The translations under genes and the position numbers were made by a program. The notes under the pieces were generated by a model. That model was not told the DNA's origin. It did not search any database and worked only from the letters and a program-made list of their open reading frames with translations. Below are positions 1 to 4,796 of a DNA stretch of 4,796 bases, in pieces. The DNA comes from a virus (lineage: Duplodnaviria; Heunggongvirae; Uroviricota; Caudoviricetes): IMG/VR virus record IMGVR_UViG_2778261227_000011; one strand, 5' to 3'. How positions within the stretch are numbered: position 1 is the stretch's first letter; each line of letters opens with the position of its first letter.

Positions 1-1024
1 AAAGCTGCTGCAGCCAGACCTGATGAATTGATGAAATGTAGGAATAGAGAACGCTGGCGTTATGTGCAACGTCGCTCGGTACAGGGGGTTTTGAAAGCTG
101 TTTCTCCATCTGGTTAAAGGCATTGATATATGCCTCTTTGAACTGGGCAGCACGTTTACCCGTGAAACCCATAGCAAGAAACGCAAAGCCGTCGCGGGTT
201 ATTTGATAGCAAGGTAGTTTGCGACCTGTGCAATCAGTGTAATCACTCACCGAAAAATTGCGGGCAGTGAATGATGCTGAGCATTCAAGCGTGCGGATCT
301 TTTTCAGTACATCGTCATGACGTTTGGAGAAGAAGTTGGCAACAGCCAGGGATGAAGTAACAGCCTGACCATCAACGATGGCAATTTCAGGTTGAGTGAG
401 GGTTGGGATCGTAGCCATGATGGCAGCCTCTTTGGTGATTTTTAATAACTCACCACCAAGGCTTTCCACGACCTTATTGGTGGTGAGACGTACAGGGGTG
501 GAAATACCGGTCACCAAAGAACCCGGCCCAACCGAAGTTGGCCCTGCACGCCCCACCATAATTTGGGCGTAATGCTGCTCATGACACAAAAAAACCGCAA
601 GAGCGCGGTTGTGCGCTTTGGTGAATTCCGGGTTTCCACGCCCGGCACCCGTTTTATAAGGTGCCTGAACAGTGTAACGTCCCGGAATGGCAGAATCAAT
701 GTGCTGGTGGTCCTTCACACTCAACAAAATCACGCCTGAATTTCCACAAAGGACTAAAGCACTCATGCGGGTAGTCTTTGCGAAGATAGATAACGCGCTG
801 TGTTTCTGGCTCCCAACGAATAACATGGACATAAAGCCCTCTTCCGTCACGAAACCAGCGGTTAAGTTCCTGCACAACTCGCCCCCCACAGTCAGGTAAA
901 GTTCTCTGTGGTTACTTACAGCCAGGTGATCTGGTAATCTGCATTCATGCCGTAACAACAGGTGTTCAGCGACACTGACCACCAGCTGTTGCGACAAACG
1001 GTTATTTGCCGTTAAACTGTTCAT
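1..1024 (-). CDS. Phage early-operon protein, partial (341 codons in window, continues past the left edge). The distal half (encoded about 1-420) is a Rha-family phage regulatory domain; the N-terminal ~200 aa are of unknown function.
   Basis: I checked codon by codon that the minus-strand frame is open from 1027 to position 1, so the six-frame track omits it because it runs off the edge. The ATG at 1024-1022 overlaps the upstream TGA stop at 1023-1021 (ATGA coupling). The translation contains ...IVDGQAVTSSLAVANFFSKRHDDVLKKIR...YQITRDGFAFLAMGFTGKRAAQFKEAYINAFNQMEKQL, which matches my recollection of the Rha (Phage_pRha) signature. An internal ATG at 418 with an AGAGG Shine-Dalgarno is an alternative start just upstream of the Rha domain. 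Confidence 0.65.
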   Translation of the reverse strand, partial: MNSLTANNRLSQQLVVSVAEHLLLRHECRLPDHLAVSNHRELYLTVGGELCRNLTAGFVTEEGFMSMLFVGSQKHSALSIFAKTTRMSALVLCGNSGVILLSVKDHQHIDSAIPGRYTVQAPYKTGAGRGNPEFTKAHNRALAVFLCHEQHYAQIMVGRAGPTSVGPGSLVTGISTPVRLTTNKVVESLGGELLKITKEAAIMATIPTLTQPEIAIVDGQAVTSSLAVANFFSKRHDDVLKKIRTLECSASFTARNFSVSDYTDCTGRKLPCYQITRDGFAFLAMGFTGKRAAQFKEAYINAFNQMEKQLSKPPVPSDVAHNASVLYSYISSIHQVWLQQL

Positions 1025-1599
1025 GCGTTAGTTTCTCCACAGACACAAAACGCCACGACGCCCGGAGCTGCACACTCGCGGGCGTTACTCTTTTCCGGCG
1101 CACAAAAAACACGAAATAACAGTGTTAAATGCTCCTGCCACTTCGCCATTACTTGGTAGCTGTTCTCTTCGATTTGCTCACGCTCAGCCTGGTCAATAAC
1201 TCCATCAGCAGTTGCCTTGCGTAAGTACTGGGAATGCTTGCCAATCCATTCTATTGACTCCATCAGCCGCTGATTAATGTCACCATTGTCAATGTCATCA
1301 ATGTCCACCAGCGGCACAAACACCCCATTACTACGACGCGCTATCGCATCCGTTACATGCCTGGTACCACTGGCATCCTGTAAAACCATGGCCCACTCAA
1401 GTGGAAAAATTTGATCCCCACCGCTACGCAGTCTGTTATGCAATTGATCTTTCGCTGGGGTGATATCATCAGATTTATACAAACCAAGAATTTCCGCTGC
1501 TTCCTCATAGCCATGAGGTAAATCAGCAATCGTTCTTCGTATTGCTGCCACCAGCCATGCTGGTTGCTTATCAACTTTCCATTCAGGTTCTTTACCCAC
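1021..1599 (-). CDS. YdaT-like regulator (functional CII analog of Rac/CP-933P-type prophages), 192 aa, GTG start.
   Basis: This is the frame of the track ORF 1021-1710, but the ATG at 1710 would overlap the Cro-like gene by 83 nt. An in-frame GTG at 1599-1597 is preceded by GAGGA (reverse complement of 1607-1611) at 7-nt spacing and lies 28 nt after the Cro-like stop. Its position directly after a YdaS-type Cro gene and its acidic region DIDDIDNGDINQRLMESIEW fit YdaT/CII-like proteins. The family assignment is from memory, not from a search. Confidence 0.7.
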   Translation of the reverse strand: MGKEPEWKVDKQPAWLVAAIRRTIADLPHGYEEAAEILGLYKSDDITPAKDQLHNRLRSGGDQIFPLEWAMVLQDASGTRHVTDAIARRSNGVFVPLVDIDDIDNGDINQRLMESIEWIGKHSQYLRKATADGVIDQAEREQIEENSYQVMAKWQEHLTLLFRVFCAPEKSNARECAAPGVVAFCVCGETNA

Positions 1600-1627
1600 G
1601 GTTAATTCCTCGTTTCTGTGGTTACGT

Positions 1628-1891
1628 TTACGCAGCTGAACCGCTAACTTTTGAATAGCACTCAGGTAATCCATCATTTGGATTGGGGTAAATATCAGGA
1701 CGCAGTTCATGAGGGGTCACGGACCAGTTTCCCAACTCACAAAGTTGTAAAACCCGTTCTGACGGGACTTGATTGTTAATTACCCAATTAGCGACGGATT
1801 GAGTGGACTTAAAACCAAAGCGACGGGCTACTTCAGATAAAGATTTTCCCGCAGCCTTTACTGCTTTCTCTGTGTAGTTTTGAGATGACAT
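1628..1891 (-). CDS. Cro-like HTH regulator of the YdaS/DicC type, 87 aa.
   Basis: ATG at 1891-1889 is preceded by AGGAG (within the reverse complement of 1893-1905, cagaggagaaagg). The translation has an HTH segment (LSEVARRFGFKSTQSVANWV) and the VTPHELRPDIYP motif typical of YdaS-family Cro-like proteins. It is divergent from a CI-like repressor gene. Confidence 0.85.
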   Translation of the reverse strand: MSSQNYTEKAVKAAGKSLSEVARRFGFKSTQSVANWVINNQVPSERVLQLCELGNWSVTPHELRPDIYPNPNDGLPECYSKVSGSAA

Positions 1892-1899
1892 GCCTTTCT

Positions 1900-1916
1900 C
1901 CTCTGAAATTCAGAGG
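1900..1916. promoter_or_regulatory. 17-bp perfect palindrome cctctgaa-a-ttcagagg at the predicted PR start / Cro-like 5' UTR.
   Basis: 8-bp perfect arms around one central base. It overlaps the Shine-Dalgarno of the Cro-like gene. It may be a protein-binding site or an RNA hairpin. Confidence 0.35.
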
Positions 1917-1917
1917 G

Positions 1918-1946
1918 ATGATGCTACTTAAAATAGCAAATTGCAA
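1918..1946 (-). promoter_or_regulatory. PR-like promoter for the Cro-like operon: -35 TTGCAA (1941-1946), 17-nt spacer containing an operator site, -10 CATCAT (reverse complement of 1918-1923).
   Basis: The minus strand reads TTGCAA-tttg-CTATTTTAAGTAG-CATCAT, which is the same layout as the pL-like promoter at 4301-4329. The predicted start is about 19 nt upstream of the Cro-like ATG, leaving room for the Shine-Dalgarno. Confidence 0.45.
1924..1936. promoter_or_regulatory. Operator site (OR, copy 1): ctacttaaaatag, an imperfect 13-bp dyad of the CTAC-N5-GTAG-like family.
   Basis: Exact 13-bp direct repeat of 1947-1959 at 23-bp centre-to-centre spacing (lambda OR-like). It sits in the spacer of the PR-like promoter. 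Confidence 0.5.
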
Positions 1947-1959
1947 CTACTTAAAATAG
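1947..1959. promoter_or_regulatory. Operator site (OR, copy 2): ctacttaaaatag.
   Basis: Identical to 1924-1936. It lies immediately upstream of the -35 of the candidate PRM. Confidence 0.5.
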
Positions 1960-1961
1960 AA

Positions 1962-1990
1962 ATGACTAGCGCGTGTGATGTGAGTAATCT
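1962..1990 (+). promoter_or_regulatory. Candidate PRM-like promoter for the repressor: -35 ATGACT (1962-1967), 17-nt spacer, -10 TAATCT (1985-1990), start near the ATG at 1998.
   Basis: Weak matches to the sigma-70 consensus, as expected for an activated PRM. The call is purely positional. Confidence 0.25.
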
Positions 1991-1991
1991 T

Positions 1992-2004
1992 CTACCTATG
2001 GTAG
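1992..2004. promoter_or_regulatory. Operator-like dyad (OR, copy 3): ctacctatggtag, with perfect 5-bp arms CTACC/GGTAG; overlaps the repressor start codon at 1998.
   Basis: Same CTAC...GTAG end pattern as the other sites. Its position over the repressor start suggests autorepression. Confidence 0.4.
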
Positions 2005-2702
2005 AAGAACAGAAGTATCCAGATTTCGCCAAGAGACTAAACGAATTGATGACAATCAAAGGAATCTCTGTCACTCAACTCAAAAGTCTTGTGGGCGTTA
2101 CATATGAAATGGCTCGTCGATACACAATCGGCGCAGCGAAGCCACGTGTCTCTGTCATGAGTAAACTTGCGTTGGCTCTTGGGGTATCAGCTTCATATCT
2201 AGAATATGGTGTTGGAGATAGAGAGGAATGTAAGGAAATGGCAAGCATCCCCAATCCAACAAAGCCCGATGTATACAGGATAGAAGTTTTGGATCTTAGC
2301 GTTAGCGCAGGACCTGGGACCTATATGCTTTCAGACTATGTTGATGTGCTCTACGCCATTGAGTTCACAACTGAACATGCCCGTTCTCTTTTCGGAAACC
2401 GTTCTCAGAATGATATAAAAGTTATGACGGTAAATGGAGATAGTATGTCCCCAACTCTTGTTTCCGGGGATCGATTGTTTGTCGACATTTCCGTTCGCCA
2501 CTTCCAGACTGATGGAGTTTACTCTTTCGTTTACGGTAAGACTTTCCATGTTAAACGTCTACAAATGCAAGGCAACAAACTAGCTGTTCTTTCGGATAAC
2601 CCCGCCTATGAGAAATGGTACATTGATGAGAAGTCGCAAGATCAGCTTTATGTTATGGGTAAGGCACTGATTCATGAGTCGATTAAATATAATCGACTTT
2701 AA
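1998..2702 (+). CDS. CI-like prophage repressor: N-terminal XRE-type HTH plus C-terminal S24 (LexA-like) autopeptidase domain, 234 aa. Probably leaderless; in-frame upstream starts at 1962 (ATG) and 1941 (TTG) are possible.
   Basis: HTH region FAKRLNELMTIKGISVTQLKSLVGVTYEMARRY. Putative RecA-dependent cleavage site Ala-Gly in VSAGPG (codons at 2307-2312). Catalytic Ser in VNGDSM and Lys in HVKRL are 37 residues apart, as in LexA. There is no Shine-Dalgarno before 1998, consistent with a leaderless PRM-type transcript. Confidence 0.88.
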   Translation: MVEEQKYPDFAKRLNELMTIKGISVTQLKSLVGVTYEMARRYTIGAAKPRVSVMSKLALALGVSASYLEYGVGDREECKEMASIPNPTKPDVYRIEVLDLSVSAGPGTYMLSDYVDVLYAIEFTTEHARSLFGNRSQNDIKVMTVNGDSMSPTLVSGDRLFVDISVRHFQTDGVYSFVYGKTFHVKRLQMQGNKLAVLSDNPAYEKWYIDEKSQDQLYVMGKALIHESIKYNRL

Positions 2703-2926
2703 TTAGGCATCTAGCAATCGTTAAAGCAAACGAGCACAGATGATAAAAGATAAGGATAGAAAATCTTTATACAAATTTTATTTGGCACATTGGTCCATAA
2801 AAATGGATTAACACTGAGCTGTTACCCTAAGTAAGAAAAGATAAAGACCATATATTATCTTTGGGTGCGTTACTAACACAAAATAAAACATAAATAATAG
2901 ACAATTCTATACAACAGGATACGATA

Positions 2927-4012
2927 ATGATTAATGAACGTACTGAAGCGACAGATGGGGTAGCAGATATGATTTCCACCAATACAAAATATTTAGTATG
3001 GAACAACAAAGGTGGTGTAGGAAAAACTTTTCTTACATATAATCTTGCCGTTGAGTTTGCTATATCTCATCCGGATCAAGATGTTGTGGTTATTGACTCA
3101 TGCCCTCAATCAAACGTTTCAGAAATTATTCTTGGTGGCAATGGTACCGGGGAAGAAAATCTAAATAAATTGCGAGACAGAAATGTTACAATCGCAGGTT
3201 ATATCAAGGAACGTTTTAGCAAATCTCCTTTGTCTCGTTTAGGAAATGAATCTTCTTACTTTGTACGGGCCCATGACGTTAATGCAAAAATGCCAGAGAA
3301 CTTATATATTCTTCCTGGTGATGTCGATCTTGATATCTGTTCACGCTTAATATCTCACATTGGCTCATCCCCAGTAAAAGAAGCATGGAAGAAAAGCCGA
3401 TCTTTGCTGGTAGATCTAATAGCATCTTTTGAAGCCGATAAAAACATTTCTGACAGAGCAAAAACATTTTTTATTGATTGTAATCCAAGTTTTGCCAGCT
3501 ACACAGAATTGGGAGTAGTCGCGGCAAATAGAATAATTATCCCTTGCACTGCCGATGCTGCATCAATTCGCGGAATAAAAAACCTTGTTAAACTTATTTA
3601 TGGAGTGTCTATTGACAAGTCAGAACAAGATGAAATGTTCTTAGATTTCAACAAAGAAGCAAAGCAAAACCTTATCGAACTACCTGAACTACACCTTTTC
3701 GTACAAAACCGCTCAAGAACTAATGAAAGTGATGCAGCAAAAGCATTCAAATCACATGCAGAAGAGATCAAAAGAATCACGGATGACCTGTTAAATACAC
3801 ATCCTCATCTGTTCACAAATGTGGCTACTTTCGAGAGGGTTCAAAATGTCAAAGATGGTAATACTCTTGCAGCAATAATAAACCATGAGGGATGCCCTTT
3901 AAGTAGGCTGCAGCATAAGAGTTACACTATCTATGGTATGGCGACCCAAGCTAATAGAGCACAAATTGAAGCACTAGAATCTGATGTTTCAACAGTAGTC
4001 AAGTGTCTGTAA
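2927..4012 (+). CDS. Orphan ParA/MinD-family (deviant Walker A) P-loop ATPase, 361 aa, on an AT-rich cargo island; function unknown.
   Basis: KGGVGKT deviant Walker A at residues 28-34 (nt 3008-3028); VVVIDSCPQSN (A-prime/switch region); LYILPGDVDLD; Walker B-like FFIDCNPS followed by RIIIPCTADAASIRGIKNL. An AGGA lies about 9 nt upstream of the ATG at 2927. An alternative start at Met15 (2969) would place Walker A at the more typical residue ~14. No parB-like ORF follows. Confidence 0.85.
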   Translation: MINERTEATDGVADMISTNTKYLVWNNKGGVGKTFLTYNLAVEFAISHPDQDVVVIDSCPQSNVSEIILGGNGTGEENLNKLRDRNVTIAGYIKERFSKSPLSRLGNESSYFVRAHDVNAKMPENLYILPGDVDLDICSRLISHIGSSPVKEAWKKSRSLLVDLIASFEADKNISDRAKTFFIDCNPSFASYTELGVVAANRIIIPCTADAASIRGIKNLVKLIYGVSIDKSEQDEMFLDFNKEAKQNLIELPELHLFVQNRSRTNESDAAKAFKSHAEEIKRITDDLLNTHPHLFTNVATFERVQNVKDGNTLAAIINHEGCPLSRLQHKSYTIYGMATQANRAQIEALESDVSTVVKCL

Positions 4013-4047
4013 TACAATAACTATGATTTAGAACGAACATAATTCTC

Positions 4048-4070
4048 GCCCGACCAACCGGTCGGGTTTT
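4048..4070 (+). terminator. Intrinsic terminator downstream of the ATPase gene.
   Basis: Stem cccgacc (4049-4055) pairs with ggtcggg (4060-4066), loop aacc, followed by TTTT (4067-4070). It lies 36 nt after the stop at 4012. Confidence 0.6.
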
Positions 4071-4300
4071 ATACTCGTAGCCTGCTTAATAACACTGTTC
4101 CTGACCCGTTGTATCCATAGTTCCCACTATTTTCCCCCAAATTATTACTATCTAATTAACCTAATAATTAAACCAAAACAAAAGACACTCGATATTTTCT
4201 ATATGTAACTACGCCACATCATCCCATCTGTGAAAAACCTTTTAATTCATAACGTTATATAGAAAACTAAAAATTAAATACACACTTCTACTTTTTGTTG

Positions 4301-4329
4301 TTGATTTTTGCTACTTTTAGTAGCATTAT
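4301..4329 (+). promoter_or_regulatory. pL-like early-left promoter: -35 TTGATT (4301-4306), 17-nt spacer containing an operator, -10 CATTAT (4324-4329).
   Basis: Reads TTGATT-tttg-CTACTTTTAGTAG-CATTAT, sharing the tttgcta...gtagcat core with the PR-like promoter on the other side of the immunity region. Confidence 0.45.
4311..4323. promoter_or_regulatory. Operator site (OL): ctacttttagtag, a 13-bp dyad with arms CTACT/AGTAG.
   Basis: Same family as the OR sites. A degenerate half-site (ctactttttgttg, 4288-4300) lies 23 bp upstream, the same spacing as the OR pair. Confidence 0.5.
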
Positions 4330-4339
4330 TATCTGAACA

Positions 4340-4356
4340 AACAACAGACTGTTGTT
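4340..4356. promoter_or_regulatory. 17-bp perfect palindrome aacaacag-a-ctgttgtt just downstream of the predicted pL start.
   Basis: 8-bp perfect arms around one central base. This is the same geometry and the same position relative to the promoter as the 1900-1916 palindrome at PR, but a different sequence. Confidence 0.3.
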
Positions 4357-4725
4357 AACGAAAGGTTGGTTGTAACACGGCGTATGGCACATGCGTCGTT
4401 AGCGGTCTGGGGACGTTAAAGGGGACAATCCACTCCTTGCTCGAGCAAACAAACCAGGTAGCCGGAATGTGCAAGTCAATGATGATGCTGATAAGACGCC
4501 TAACCAGCGTGGCGATTCGGTTTGACGCCTGGGAAGAGACCAGGGTGCAACGATGAGGGCATTTATGGAGCCGCGACAAAGTGTGGTGCCATAACTGGCT
4601 AAGTGCTCTCAGCGTTGTGGTAATCCGCGAAATGGCGCGGCGGTAAGTATGGCGGGGTTATCCTTACCCCATTAGTGGCACCGGGTTGTCAGGTTGACCA
4701 TACGCTTAAGTGACAACCCCACCAC

Positions 4726-4787
4726 AACAGCCACTGCTTTGGCGGTACCAGTTTGTACACTTGCTTCCGGCTGGTACCGCTCTTTTT
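4726..4787 (+). ncRNA. DicF-like sRNA candidate (prophage-encoded, processed from the early-left transcript); 5' end approximate.
   Basis: tttggcggtaccagtttgtac resembles my recollection of the E. coli DicF core tttggcggtatcagttttac, and it is followed by a hairpin and U-tract. The placement downstream of a repressor-controlled pL-like promoter after a leader with no long ORF mirrors the Qin dicA / ydfABC-dicF-dicB layout. The comparison is to a sequence recalled from memory, not a search. Confidence 0.35.
4741..4787 (+). terminator. Intrinsic terminator hairpin with U-tract; would also form the 3' end of the DicF-like RNA.
   Basis: Perfect 10-bp stem gcggtaccag (4742-4751) / ctggtaccgc (4771-4780), 19-nt loop, then tcttttt (4781-4787). 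There is no U-tract on the opposite strand. Confidence 0.6.
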
Positions 4788-4796
4788 ACAAAACAG

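Larger units (their letters stand above)
2703..4340. other. AT-rich compositional island (cargo/moron) between the repressor gene and the OL/pL region.
   Basis: Lines I counted by hand inside this span are roughly 23-42% GC, against roughly 45-58% in lines sampled from the flanks. This is an estimate from sampled lines, not a full computation. Confidence 0.6.

Noticed and set aside
511-699. 62-aa minus-strand ORF from the track
   Set aside because: It is an alternative frame entirely inside the long minus-strand ORF (1-1024), with no Shine-Dalgarno and no recognisable motif.
687-899. 70-aa plus-strand ORF from the track
   Set aside because: It is antisense to the long minus-strand ORF, with no ribosome-binding site and a low-complexity translation; most likely a chance ORF in GC-rich DNA.
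1353-1574. 73-aa minus-strand ORF from the track
   Set aside because: It is an out-of-frame ORF nested inside the YdaT-like gene.
1600-1710. N-terminal extension of the YdaT-like ORF to the ATG at 1710
   Set aside because: It would overlap the Cro-like gene by 83 nt, whereas GTG 1599 has a strong Shine-Dalgarno and no overlap.
1941-1997. Upstream starts for the repressor (TTG 1941, ATG 1962)
   Set aside because: These would put operators and promoter elements inside the coding region and leave too little intergenic space for divergent promoters. ATG 1962 cannot be excluded.
2331-2549. 72-aa minus-strand ORF from the track
   Set aside because: It is antisense inside the repressor gene.
2827-3009. 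60-aa minus-strand ORF from the track
   Set aside because: It is antisense across the ATPase start and upstream AT-rich DNA, with a low-complexity hydrophobic translation.
3279-3467. 62-aa minus-strand ORF from the track
   Set aside because: It is antisense inside the ATPase gene.
3598-3780. 60-aa minus-strand ORF from the track
   Set aside because: It is antisense inside the ATPase gene.
2927-4012. ParA-like gene as half of a plasmid or prophage partition system
   Set aside because: There is no ParB-like ORF and no array of centromere-like repeats nearby, and the gene sits in the lysogenic-conversion slot. This is not fully excluded.
4355-4579. 74-aa minus-strand ORF from the track
   Set aside because: It is antisense to the predicted pL transcript, with no convincing ribosome-binding site or motif; likely a chance ORF.
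4778-4788. boxA-like sequence cgctcttttta (candidate nut site)
   Set aside because: It directly follows a perfect 10-bp hairpin and is better explained as the U-tract of an intrinsic terminator; no boxB-like hairpin follows and no N-like ORF is present in the window.
1-4796. CRISPR arrays, tRNA, rRNA, or insertion-sequence ends
   Set aside because: No regularly spaced direct repeats, no tRNA-like T-loop or cloverleaf candidates, and no terminal inverted repeats flanking a transposase-like ORF were seen by eye.

Overview
This window looks like the immunity and early-regulatory region of a lambdoid prophage (Rac / CP-933P / Qin type) in an enterobacterial-like background, with one AT-rich cargo gene that is the most interesting feature. 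All calls are from reading the sequence and from motif recall; no database search was run. Minus strand, early-right operon: a Cro-like YdaS-type HTH gene (1628-1891), a YdaT-like CII-analog gene (1021-1599, GTG start), and a long ORF that starts at 1024 by ATGA overlap with the preceding stop and runs off the left edge, carrying a Rha-family domain in its distal half. Plus strand, divergent: a CI-like repressor with XRE HTH and S24 (LexA-like) autopeptidase motifs (1998-2702). Downstream of it lies an AT-rich island (about 2703-4340) with a single orphan ParA/MinD-family ATPase gene (2927-4012), in the slot that rexAB occupies in phage lambda. After that come an intrinsic terminator (4048-4070), an OL/pL-like promoter-operator region (about 4288-4330), and a GC-rich leader with no long ORF that ends in a DicF-like hairpin terminator (4741-4787). 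The intergenic regions share a 13-bp operator family (CTAC-N5-GTAG-like) embedded identically in the spacers of the two early promoters. The orphan ATPase is the best candidate for an undescribed lysogen-expressed exclusion, defence or host-manipulation function.
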